A stretch of 57,960 nucleotides of DNA, the filler included, from Sluysia triapertura (Eukaryota): NCBI GenBank assembly GCA_046118255.1. It is 4 parts of 4 records of this genome, joined end to end, with 100 filler letters (N's around TTAATTAATTAA, not from the genome) between each part and the next. Parts side by side here need not be neighbours in the genome. Positions count along the whole stretch, not along the records: positions 17,039 to 32,061 come from JBJNIA010241104.1; positions 32,162 to 44,211 come from JBJNIA010144167.1; 2 more parts are not named here. The stretch is one strand, 5' to 3'. A program made the position numbers and the translations under genes. Shown piece after piece: positions 26,631 to 38,574 of the stretch. Under the pieces are notes generated by a model. It saw only the letters and a list, made by a program, of their open reading frames with translations, ran no database searches and was not told where the DNA came from. Numbering within the stretch: position 1 is the first letter of the stretch; every line of letters starts with the position of its first letter.

Positions 26631-29600
26631 TCTCAGTGGGTAGAGCTCTTTAGTGATCCCCATTATCTCTATTTATACGTTTATTATATGATTATTTCTA
26701 TTATTCATGTAATTCTTGTTGCTGTTGTGGTGGCCAACCTCATCAATCAAAATTTTAATATGTTAAAATATACTAAAATTACTAATTTAATAATACTTCA
26801 ATTATTTATCACATCAATAATCATTGAAATTGTACTTTAAATTTATTTAACAACAAGCTAAATGGAATTTCGTTTAACATCTTTAACTATTCCAATACTT
26901 TTTATGATTTTCCTCATAATTTTATATTTTTATTTTCTTTCTTTTTCTTTCTTATTCACATATTATATATTCATTAACCACGTTTCTGCTCACCCAAATA
27001 GTCGCAATAACCTAAATTATTCACACCATTCAAACATTACTTAATGCGTCATTAACTAGCGATTTACCATGCTTTTCTTACTCAGATTTTAGAACCATGT
27101 AATCACACAGATTTAGAAAACAATTTCAGAATTTAATTACGAAGCATTTAAATCCATTATTTTTCAGGTTCTATGAATAAATCTAAAGAAAGAGCATAAA
27201 GAACAAATAAGATTTTCAACATATATTTTTAATTTTAAAATCTTCAAGCATTTCATTCTACTCATCTTATTCCAACACTCCTCTTTGCATATAATCTTTT
27301 TAATGCTACTCAAGAACAAAATTAGGTTTAAGAATTAAAGAAAATTAACAACCTTATTGAAAACATCAGCGCAACAATGTAGTTGCCTTATTATTGGTCT
27401 TTAGATTTCATGTGGGCTCTCTTTGTGCTTTTCATTGACCAATAGATTTAAGTATAATTAATCAATATTAAGTAAATGATAGAACATGTAATATAAACGG
27501 TAACATTCTTTTAAAAGTAGAACAAAAATACAGTCACAATTAATTAGTATTAATTTTTAATTCCACACAATTATCTTTAAAATTACAATTTGTACTGTCT
27601 CAGTTGTTTTTATTTTCTTAAAGAAAAGAAATACCGATAAAGACCAAACTGATTGATATAAGACCAAACGATTCTATAATTATAATTTTATTGTATACAT
27701 TTTAATGTCATTTACGATATATAAATTATCAGAAGATGAAATAAAAGTGATCTCGAAGGCGATTTAATTGAAGATGAATATTTATTGATGAAAAGAAATA
27801 ATTTAGTTCTAGATATCAAGTCAGATGTTGACCAAGATACGAAATACACAAATTTAAATAATATTAATTATAATATAAATGAATTTCATCCCAATTCAAA
27901 AATTGATCCAGTTGAGTCATGAATCAATATTTATATCAAATTCTAAGATAAGTATCGATAATTTATTCAATTACAAACCTGACGTTTCCTATACTTCATA
28001 TCATGAAAACACGACACGTTATCCAAGTAAAGTAGATAGTCAGTATGTCAATCCAAACACTGAGGATATGTTATATCACGATCATTTAGTCCACTACGGA
28101 ACAATGTTTGTTTGGTATATCACACATCGGCTAATGCTTGAAAAACAGAGAACATTGTATTTATGCGCATGGTAAACTATTTTATTATACGAGTTATAAC
28201 TGATTCGTAGCCTCTTCAAACGTGAACAAATAATTTTTATTATCGAATTTATGTATTATAAAACAAATTTGTAGTTGTATCGCTTGTAACTAAATAACTA
28301 TAGTATTATTTTTTAAATAAATAAATTTTTACAACAGCTCTTTGCTTTTGATTTTGTCTTTTTTACTATTCGCAGTAAATTTGTATATTTTTGTATGAAA
28401 GGGCGCCCGGGGCGCTCAAAACCATAGATTCAGTCCTGACTTTGTATTAAGACTATTATACTCTAATTAATTTAAAAAAGGATATTTTCATAATTCAGCT
28501 TTTAGTTTTTTAATATTCGTATAAATTTTCTTTGTAAATATTGTAATACTTTTTTGGTTAGCCGAATTTTTAAGTCGCCTACTTTTTCTTGAAAAATTGT
28601 GTCTCTTTTAAAGAGTTTAAAGTATTGAATTTTTGAATATTAGGTTTATTATTTTAATATTTTAACATTATTATTTAAATAATTTATTTTCTTATTATTT
28701 TACAATTATAAAAAACTTCATTTGATTTATTTGCAAGTTAGGTAATGAATAACGTATAATTATTCAATTTTTCTTATTAAAACTAACATTTACATTGTTG
28801 CTTATGTACTTTAGTGCAACTGATTACAAGCAATTATCGCAGCATATAAATTTCAAGATCCAATTTTGATAATTAAGGTCGTTTAAGATAAGATAATAAA
28901 TAATTAGTAATGTATAGTTTTTAATACTAATTTGATGCATAAAAACAAAGTGTCATTTAAATTTTAAATTATTAAGTCATAAATTTTATCTATTTATTGA
29001 CAACTTCATCAAAAATAAAATTACTATTATAATTTTGATTAATTTTATACTTGTAACGTTAATTAATATCGAACTAAACGAATCTTATAACATATAAAAT
29101 AGTTTAGAACACTTTTTACAAACAATACAATTGTATATGTTAAATGCGTTTAATAATCAATTATAAAAACAATCTTATATATATACAATATAATTTTTTA
29201 AAGCTGATATTTCAAAATAATCTGACAATGTTTAACTAAATTAAAGTATTAAAACAGTTTTATGAGTAATGTTGAGTAACATTTAAATATAAGTGCATTG
29301 TGGTATATATATGTTGCCGTTACATACAACTATTATTTTAACCAACCACAAATACATATATATATGTAGAAAAAGTAGTTAATGAAATTTGATAAAATGT
29401 GCCGTTGCATTTCTCATCAAATTTAAGCAGTATTTCATATAATTTTTTTCATCAATCTTTAAATTATTATATTTTCATATAGATTATTTTTTAATTTAAA
29501 GTTAAGACTTTGAAATTAAAATTTTTAATATATATATACTAATTGTTATCAGTTCATTCTATCAGTAGTGTTTGCATATTTAACTACCTTATGAAAAAAA

Positions 29601-29838
29601 ATAATTTTTAATTTTACTTTAAGTGTATGCTTGTATTTCAAAGTATGCATTATATTCAAACGTTGTTTATTTTTTTTTCGATTCTACTCCATATGCAGTT
29701 CAAAAAAGCAAACTGACTATGTATGATACTCAATAAAATGTCTAATGTCAACTGATTTCAATTATTTATTGCTTCAGTATTGACAATTATTTCAATCACT
29801 CCTGAGAATACTACCTATGTGAATTACATTTTAAAAAT

Positions 29839-30256
29839 ATGCCATTTTGGACAAATTTATTATTATTTTCCATTTTGTCTTTGTATACTACTTCTACTTC
29901 TACTCAAGACTGTTTTTTATCAGAAAATCGCAACAAAAAAATCCATGATACGAGACTCATCATCCGTGGACGCCTATTAAACATTGTGGACAATTCTGCT
30001 GTAGTTTTGGTATTGAAAATACTTAAAGGATTTGATATTATTGGTAAAGTGAAAAATGTTAGCCATGAAAATGATTATCATATGATTTTGATTAATAACA
30101 TTGATATTATGAATCTTTGTGGTCAAGTTCCAAAAAATAATGATGATTTTGTTTTATTTTTACAATCAACAAATACAATTAATATTTTCGCTATTAAATA
30201 TTTCCAATCTTTTGATGATGGTACTTTGGAAAAATCAATTATTAAAACTATAAATG
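29839..30256 (+). CDS. AGRN: Agrin exon 1: signal peptide plus NtA (N-terminal agrin) domain
   Basis: Hydrophobic N-terminus MPFWTNLLLFSILSL, then an NtA-like pattern (C...IIRGRLLNI..VLVLKILKG...LCGQV....FVLFL). Phase-1 GT donor at 30257. Followed by Kazal exons, as in agrin. Confidence 0.75.
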
Positions 30257-30410
30257 GTTAATTTTTTGTCTTACATTAACTAAAACTACAAAAAAATCGT
30301 TCGCGGTAATTTGTACGTCATTAATGAGTTTAATTAAAATGTTAAATTTAGCAAAGTTGTATTATAATTTGAGTAATTTTGTTTTATGACTAAATTCTAT
30401 TTTTTATTAG

Positions 30411-30434
30411 ACAATAAAATAATGAGAACATACG
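30411..30434 (+). CDS. AGRN: Putative 24-nt agrin micro-exon (DNKIMRTY)
   Basis: ttttttattag acceptor and G|gtaata donor. Symmetric phase 1-1 and open in frame. Confidence 0.5.
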
Positions 30435-30525
30435 GTAATAAATTAATAATACTAATGTGAATTATAAAAACTAATTGAATTACAAAGTAATGAAATATTT
30501 GTTACATCAGATACTATGTTTTTAG

Positions 30526-30810
30526 GTGGATTTAGTAGACAAGTACAAAATAATGATCCTTGCAGTAAGCTTGACTGTAAATATGGTGCACGATGCACGG
30601 TATGGCCTGGAGAAACATCACAAGCTGTGTGCCAATGTCCTCAATTTAAATGTGCATCCAGGAAACCCGGAGAGCCCAAGTTATGTGGTACTGATGGGCG
30701 GCTTTATGATAACGAATGTTTAATGAAGCGTAGACAATGTTTGAAACAAAAAGTGATCAGTGTTGCCAGTATGCTCGTGTGTGACTCAAGTTACAATGAA
30801 TTTGCTAACG
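30526..30810 (+). CDS. AGRN: Agrin exon: follistatin-N/Kazal module 1
   Basis: DPCSKLDCKYGARC...CQCP..C......LCGTDGRLYDNECLMKRRQC......C. Flanked by tttag acceptor and gtaat donor, phase 1-1. Confidence 0.88.
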
Positions 30811-31189
30811 GTAATATATTATATTACAGATTAAGTGATGCATTTTCACTGTTACAAAGATAATTCATGGTAAAACATTTCAAATAACAATGATATGAAA
30901 ATGATGCAACATTTTTATTTTTTATTAATTTTCAATTATTCACACTCAATTTTCTAATGGAAAATGTTTAAGGTTCTCATTCTCAAACATTTCAACCTCA
31001 TTTTCGGATCCTCCTATTTCATAGCAAACACTTCATCATTCTAGATATGAAAATTTCAACGTTTTTAAATTAAAATTCTAGCACCAACTCAGTCAAACCT
31101 TATCTTCATCGGAAGATCTTAAAACAAATACGCACAGTTACATTTTAACATATCATTTTGCATTGAAAAGTTATTAACGCAAACGTAAT

Positions 31190-31597
31190 TTTTAAGATTT
31201 TAATTAATTATTTTAACTTAATTTTATTTTATGTTTAAAGGTTTTATTATGGTTATAAAGTTCTTAAATACTTTATAAGGTACTCAGAAGGCTCTAGATG
31301 TTTTTACTTTCACCACTTTGATTCCTTTTTCTACTTTTTTATTTTAATTATTAATGTATCAAGTTTATCTCCAATATTATGAACTATGATTTTAATTCTT
31401 GAAAATTTTAAAGGTTGCAAACATTTTATAGATTACTCGAAGGTCTTCAAGGATTTCAAAGGTTCCAAAAAATAAATGATCCAAAGATTCTTTAAAACAT
31501 CTTTTCAAGCTCTTCTTAACATTTCATAAGGGTCGTACACCCTAAAAATGTCTTTGAAACTCCAAGGTATTCTTCGGTATTCCAAGTAATGCATGGG
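31190..31597 (+). repeat. Dispersed repeat family B, inside the agrin intron
   Basis: Shares tattttatgtttaaaggttttatt...ggctcta.atg...gattccttttt...ttttatagattactcgaag with 32620-33090 and, inverted, with 25390-25600. Confidence 0.75.
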
Positions 31598-31661
31598 AAT
31601 TCATGGTAAAACATTTCAAATAACATCAAATAGGAAAAATGATGAAACGTTTTTATTTCAG

Positions 31662-31982
31662 ATATCAAAAATGTTCAACAAGATAGTAATAATTACAGAA
31701 ATTCTTACAGAAATACACATTTCCGTCAAATGCAAGCGTACAACCAATCACCGTCTCAATATAGTGACTCATCTACTTGGTGTGCCAATCAAGCCTGTCC
31801 GCCTTATTCGAGCTGTGTTCAGTATCCTTATCCTCATTGTCGCTGTCCAACTGATCAATGCGACCAAGACAGTCCTTCGATATGTGGAACTGACCACATA
31901 ACTTACACGAACATCTGTGAAATGAAAAAGGTTAGCTGTAAAGCAAATCGCGTGATCAAAAAGCAGCATTCAGGAAAATGTG
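31662..31982 (+). CDS. AGRN: Agrin exon: follistatin-N/Kazal module 2; the gene continues into the assembly gap
   Basis: CANQACPPYSSC.....CRCP..C....ICGTDHITYTNICEMKKVSC........GKCG. tttcag acceptor and gttagt donor, phase 1-1. Confidence 0.85.
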
Positions 31983-31986
31983 GTTA

Positions 31987-31987
<1 letters not shown>

Positions 31988-32056
<69 letters not shown>

Positions 32057-32061
32057 TAATA
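31988..32061. repeat. (TAA)n microsatellite at a contig end
   Basis: Directly visible; abuts the gap. Confidence 0.95.
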
Positions 32062-32619
32062 NNNNNNNNNNNNNNNNNNNNNNNNNNNNNNNNNNNNNNN
32101 NNNNNTTAATTAATTAANNNNNNNNNNNNNNNNNNNNNNNNNNNNNNNNNNNNNNNNNNNNTTGTTGAACATTCAAAATTAAAAAGTAAATAAATTTTAA
32201 CTAAACAGCACTTACTATTATTATTTCGATATACGAATAATATATATATTGTAAGGTGTTACTAAGGCTGGAATCATCAAATCTGAAAAATAAAAATAAT
32301 AAAAGAAATAAAAAAAATAAATAATAATAAAAAAATAATAAATAATTAAAGAAAAATAATAATTATACATTGTTGAACATTCAAAATTAAAAAGTAAATA
32401 AATTTTAACTAAACAGCACTTACTATTATTATTTCGATATACGAATTTTAATGAGTTTATTGTTACAAACAATTTATTGAAAACTCTTTCATTAATGTAA
32501 AGTTTGTTATCGTATAAATAATTATACTATTTAAGACTAAATTAAATTTTATAACATTAAAATAACAAACTACAGCAATTAGATTGGTATTACAAAACAT
32601 TGAGAGGACTTAGATTTCA

Positions 32620-33090
32620 TTAAGATTTTAATTAATCTATTTTTAGACTTAATCTTATTTTATGTTTAAAGGTTTTATTGATGATCTAAAGCCATTTAGT
32701 AGTTTTTAAGGCATTCAGGAGGCTCTATATGTTTTAAACTTTACCTCCCTGATTCCTTTTTCTATTTCTTCATATAAATTATTACTATGCTAAGCATATA
32801 CTATACTAAACCTTTTCTTAACAGTTATTTTATTTTTCAACTGTTTAAAAGATTTAAACACTTTATAAGATTACTCGAAGATCTTAGGTGCGTATCAAGG
32901 CTTCAGGAATAATTAAAGTTTAATAAAGTCTCAAATGATCTCAAAGTTCACAAGCTCAAAGGCACTCTAATGCCTTCAAAGGTTTCACAAGTCCATTTCA
33001 AGCTTCCACAAGGTCTCAACACCTTATGTAGGTCTTTGGACTCTAATGTATTTTTCAAGGTATTCCTCTAAAGTACTCAAGGTATTTGCG
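32620..33090 (+). repeat. Dispersed repeat family B, copy adjoining the Gypsy integrase remnant
   Basis: Same shared blocks as 31190-31597. Confidence 0.75.
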
Positions 33091-33099
33091 GTAAAACAA

Positions 33100-33745
33100 T
33101 TTCATCATTACATTTGGACTAGGACAGTATAAATCTATATACAGATAAAAAAACCGTTACAATGGTTAATATCTCATAAAGGTACATCATCGACATTAAT
33201 TCACTGGTCTTAATTGTTACAAGTTTATAATATAGAAATTAAATATCGACAAGTTTTTATGTTTCGTTTAGAAAACAATGAAACATGTTTAGTCGTGTTG
33301 ATGGGAAGTTTTGATAAAAATTATTTAGTCACTGAGCAGAAAAAAAGACCGAGAATTAAAAAATATAATTTTAAATCTTTCGAAGTCTAAATCGAAAAAT
33401 AAAAATAATGGATCATCTTTTCTGATACATAATGATATTATTAAATATAAATTATCAAACAAAGATTTATTAATAGTATTACCAACAATTTTACGAGATC
33501 AAATTTTGAAAGAATATCATAATGGTATCATGGGGGCTTATTTGTCAGCCAAAAACTATTTCAGCTATTATGCGAAAGTATTTTTGGACGAATTTAAAAG
33601 ATGTTAATAAATGGTGCTTGGAATATGAAAGGAAAAAGACCATTTAAGGCTTTATTGAAGCCCTTATGGAAGTGATAGCAATGGATATTTTAGGTCCTCA
33701 ACCTGAAACTATAAAAGGTAATAAATATATTTGTCTTTCCCAGAT
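33100..33745 (+). mobile_element. Ty3/Gypsy RNase H-integrase remnant
   Basis: KPLQWLISHKGTSSTLIHWS (RNase H end), ILKEYHNGIMGA (integrase zinc finger) and PLMEVIAMDILGPQPETIKGNKYI (integrase core start). Frameshifted. Confidence 0.8.
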
Positions 33746-33859
33746 GAGAGAGCATTATAATCTTTTAAATAATTATTCATATTGCAAATTGGCTAATTAA
33801 GCAAAATCGATTGATTTATTGCAGGATAAAATCGTACAAACAACTGCCACATTTCCAGA

Positions 33860-34260
33860 ATACCGTATAACTAATAATATAGCATCACAAGAGATTATCG
33901 AACTGAATCAAATTATTAAATCACTAACTTTACTGTTATCATTATTATAATACAAGAAGTGTTTTTATTAAATGCCCAGAATTTAGTGTGTGCCAACCAG
34001 TTGACTACGTGCTACATTAATGACGATAGAATATCGTGTCATCTTGTGGCTTAATCTATAGCCAACTCAAACTGGATCATAGGGATCATTGAACTATGCA
34101 GAATGCCCTATCAGTTTTTTCATCAAGAGCGCCGCAAACCAAATATTTTTGCTATAGTGACCATCTTGATCAGCTCAGTAAAAGTCTCTCATGCAATTCG
34201 GAATGGTCGATTATTTGGACAAATATTTTGCACAATCTATTGAGATCAACGTATTTAAAT
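33860..34260 (+). mobile_element. Degenerate hAT transposase fragment
   Basis: CHLVA (CxxH-like motif). Nucleotide homology to the 46850-47280 copy, including the shared gtgtcatcttgtggctt core. Confidence 0.5.
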
Positions 34261-35059
34261 CGAATCTTCTAAATGAAAACATCTACTAGATAAATTAAAA
34301 ACGATTAAGAATAAAAGTTAATACAAACTTGATTTTTAATTTATCTTTTATTTAGCATGTGCTGTGGACGTATAAATTTTTCCTTTTCAGGAACAATTTT
34401 TCAACTTCTTGTATTTCTGATATTAATCCAAGTTTTTCATTCTTAAGCGAATAATACTTAAAAAACTAATACATGTAACAATTTTTGTGGTAGGAAGATT
34501 TATATTTATTCATTAGTTATAAATTTGTAGTTGTTTTACTCGAGTGCCGCATGAAGGTTTCTGTAAGTTTAAGGTTGTAAAGTAACATTTTTATTTATGT
34601 TTTGTTTGTATTTATTTATATTTTATTATTTATTTTATATATATTTATTAAAAATTTTACAATTGAAAATAATTATCGAAATTATATAAATGTATAAAAA
34701 TTACTAAAAATTGCAAAAACCTATTATCATTATTTCTTAAAAAATTGTAATTGTAATAAAAATTATAAATAAAATTTAGTTATTAAAATGTAAAATAATC
34801 TTCTAGATTAAATTGTTTTATTAAATTAAATTTACAAATATGACTCGTTATAGTCATAAGTTTGGAGGGCTTTTTACTTTTGGTATTAAAAATATAAAAT
34901 TTTATAATTAAACCTTTAAACCAATTTATCAAAGTATTTAAAATTTTAATTGTTATAAAACTAATTAACAAAACATTAATGCCTTTAAGCAATAAACGTG
35001 ATTTAAAATTCAAACCAACAAAATTCATTTCAATTTTATTAATGTTAGACTTCGTAAAA

Positions 35060-35131
35060 TGGACTGACCGGGGATCGAACCCGGGACCTCTAGCTGCTCA
35101 GTTCCATGCTCTACTACTGAGCTACCAGCCA
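35060..35131 (-). pseudogene. tRNA-derived repeat or tRNA pseudogene, copy 2
   Basis: Reverse complement reads GGCTGGTAGCTCAGTAGTAGAGCATGGAACTGAGCAGCTAGAGGTCCCGGGTTCGATCCCCGGTCAGTCCA. A and B boxes are good; the anticodon stem pairs poorly. Homologous to copy 1, including flanks. Confidence 0.72.
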
Positions 35132-35249
35132 CGTCTAACGATTTTATTTTATTAGTCAATTTTACCAAATGGCACTTTAGGCCTTTTTACCCCAACATTA
35201 ACACAAAAAACAATTGGAAATAACTTACATAATCTAATCCACATTGATT

Positions 35250-35620
35250 AAATTAAATCGAATATTGTGGATAGTTTTATACTTTTACAAATATTTTTGA
35301 CATTACTTTCATCCTCTGTACAAACCTTAAAATTATCGCATCTTTGTCTTAAATCGAAATAATACCCACAAATTGCATTTGATTTCTTAACTTCACTTAT
35401 AATGACAGTAAGGTCAGGGGTTAGATAGATTATTTAATGATATTTTGATTAATTCTGACGAATTTAACATTTTACCATCCATAATTATCGTGCTAATAAC
35501 ATTGAATAATACTGCTGATGATTTTCCAGTTTCACCAATTATAGTAAAAATTTCATCAGTAAAATTTCCCAAAATTGGAAAACAAATAAATCCACATGGA
35601 CAATTTGTACTGTTTTCCGA
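35250..35620 (-). pseudogene. Frameshifted fragment of a cysteine-containing extracellular protein (LDLa-like repeat)
   Basis: SENSTNCPCGFICFP...NNLSNP, then a frameshift in a C run, then DLTVIISEVKKSNAICGYYFDLRQRCDNFKVCTEDESNVKNIC. The CD...C.(D/E).S...C spacing is LDLa-like. Confidence 0.3.
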
Positions 35621-36579
35621 TTAGTCCGATTACACGATTCATTTCATTACTCGAATCGCGGGTCACATTGGTCCAAACCTCAAATAGCCACTTATTTCAT
35701 GCCCATTACTACAATTATTAGAATCTAGCCTAAGCGTAGATGTATCGTAACTGCTTGATAAAAAATTTGATAGATAAAAAGAACACAAAGATAGTATTTA
35801 CAATTCCTTTGTAACATAATTGAGACGTAATACAAATTTCATAATTTGACTAATATTATTTTTCAGGTTGCTTAATTTTTATATTAATTATTTTTACATA
35901 ATTTGTATTTTAGATCCTCAACAGCAATAAAAAAATGGATATTTCTGATACTGATGATGATGATAAAGAAGATATGGAACCAGTTAAAACTGTTCAATAA
36001 ATAAAACCAGCAAATTCAAAATGCTAAACAAAAACTACGACAATAAATCTTTATGTACAGAAAATGTAGGTACAATAAAAATATTCTTTTGATTGTAATA
36101 TTTTACGAATATGCAAAAAACATTATTAATTTCAACCAGCATTCCATGAATTGCAAATGTTCCAAAAATTTCATAATGAATACAGATGTATAAACTAGAC
36201 AATACACAAATATGATGATAAATAACAATTAATTTTTAATATTAATTTTAGTTTTAAATTGTGATAAAGTATCGAATAAGAAATAACTGATACTAATAGC
36301 AATCACATATTGTCCAATTTGGTGATTATATTTAAAATTAAACCATAAATTGTGATTATTAAAATTGCACTGTATACAAATGATGCACAAATGGCATGCA
36401 ATAAAGATATCATAATATTATGACATTTAGATAAAGACTTCAGGTTCATATTCATGAATTTATACCTCGTTTGTAATAAGTTATGCAAAAGAAAAAGGTT
36501 ACTAAATTGCAATATGTAGCATTATAACATTTTGTTTTATTGTAAAACCATATGATAAGTTTTCTAATTCTATAGGCAT

Positions 36580-38574
36580 TATCTTTGCAGATAGACTAAC
36601 TCGACTCCATTTTTTACACTTAACCAAGTAGGCAACAATTTATTCGAAATGAGATCATTAACCGAAGTGTTATTCTGTGACTTCACAATCCATTCTTTTT
36701 CCCAATTCATTATTCCTTGACACTGTATGTCATAATTAAAGGAAGATGTTATTATATTCATAGAAGTTTTACAAATATGTTCAACATTCGAAAATGATAC
36801 CATTTCAAATTAGAATCAGAACATTGGTAACGTTGAAAAAAATTTGTTTTCACTACATTGTTTAACTAATTTCTTTTTCATAAGTTCTACACATTTAAAA
36901 TTGAAATTTAGTAGTGAATAATCAATATTTTTGATAATAACTATGTATTATTAATTGTCTATTTTTGATATTCTCACCAACAAAATGACACTGTTAAAAA
37001 TTCCAGAAAAATTGTGGTAAATGAATATTGATTTTTAATTTTTCTTCCATTCTATTTTGAAGGAAGTTTCAAAAATGAATTTTTAATTTTGATACTTGTC
37101 TCTAAGGTATTAGTTGGGTTTGAGGACTTAATATTATTTTTATGAAAGATCAGATTAAGCAGTATCTTAAAAAATATGAATGTGTATGATAAATTTATTA
37201 GATAAATATCTAATCCAAGGTTTAGTGTTTGGTCACTGAATATGTTTATCTCTTTATTTAATTTTAATTTTCACATTTTTAATACTTTTACAAATCTTAT
37301 AATAATTTTTAGAATTACTCAAATAATAATGTATCTTAAATCTATATTTGAAGTAATTTATTATAATATAATTAGCTTTTATACCCATAACTAAAAATTT
37401 GATATAAAATTGATAAACTAAAATTAAGATTCTATTACATATAAAAATGTGAACATAATTTCCCAATTTTGATGGATTTGAAAAACAACAGTAATTGCAC
37501 CACAATGACCATTATAATTAACTCGTCGCCATTTCACGATCCTGCATAAAAATTGTCTGCGACTGTAAATGTGTCTCTCGGCAATGATACGACACACTGA
37601 TGATTTCCTGATACAACAATGCTAACTAAAGATATATCGTGAGATAATAATCCGCGTGTAAAAACATCATCCTTGAAAGGTCCTCGACCACTGAATGCAC
37701 ATTGCTGAAGAACCTTGCAACCAATCGCAACCATACTTTCATCAGTTAATAATCTATAATTTGTGTTTGAGCAAAGCATCTTTATTAAATATATCGATCT
37801 GTTTAACAAATATATGTGATACTCTCTATTAACATTAACGTCTTCTCTTAGAATATCTGCAGCATATTCCACTTTATCAAATACGAAATCATTATTCTTG
37901 AATAATCTACCTTCTAGTGCTGGAGTTTTAATTAAAGTGGATTTTATTCTTAAATCCACAAATTCATATTGATGTCGCAATAATTTAATTAGCGGATCAA
38001 TGGAACCCATTTTTAATGTCACATTTGAATATTGACTACATCGCATTAAACTAGACGCATTTATTTCATGATAATATGCTAAAACGGGAAAACGATTATT
38101 GACATGCAATCTGGATGATATAACAATATTTTCGTGACTAGCACCAAATGGAACCATAACATATTTACCATAATTGTAATTATTAGACCATAACGAATTT
38201 GGAACGTGGAACCACTTTCTTGATATTAGGGATTTTAAGAATTCATGTTTTAGTTCAATTAGATTCCAACAATTTATATTAATCTTATCGATGTTAATAA
38301 CCTTATTTGAAAATAATATTAGATTGTTTAATTCTTCAGGTAACTTCTTTAATAAATCCAAACTGTACACTTTAAAATCTTTGGTTCTCAACATAACAAT
38401 AAAATCATTAACAATTTTTACACTATCACTAACTCGTAATAATAAAGAAAATTCTTTATCTTTTTGTTCCATATCAATTATCAACATATAATGATTAGAA
38501 TGACATAAAATGCGTTGAACACAGCATTAATCTTCATCGATATTAATGCATGGTGTAATAAAATCATCATCCAT
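36580..38574 (-). pseudogene. Divergent myotubularin-related gene (MTMR6/7/8/9 type): catalytically dead or pseudogenised. Main ORF 37534-38487
   Basis: PH-GRAM-like N-terminus (HYMLIID..KEFSLL...SVKI...LRTKDFKV, cf. MTMR6 THLLFID..KETWIL...SVEK...IQCKNFRT). VMVP..ASHENIVISSRLHVNNRFPVLAYYHEINASSLMRCSQ matches MTMR6 LYVP..ASKPIIVGSSKFRSKGRFPVLSYYH....AICRCSQ. TTIFLEFL near 37000 matches the SPxFxQF(L/I) motif. No HCSDGWDR motif; in-frame TAA at 38527-38529. Confidence 0.7.

Noticed and set aside
27700-28200. Possible piggyBac remnant (acidic N-terminus, His/Cys tail)
   Set aside because: Too degraded; no catalytic motif or TTAA-flanked TIRs could be identified.
32162-32446. Exact 77-bp direct repeat (32162-32238 and 32370-32446)
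   Set aside because: The first copy starts exactly at a contig edge. It cannot be distinguished from an assembly artefact without reads.
38527-38529. Alternative genetic code (TAA read-through) suggested by the in-frame stop in the myotubularin
   Set aside because: SAAL1, agrin and LRRC58 exons contain no in-frame TAA or TAG. A single stop is better explained by decay or sequencing error.
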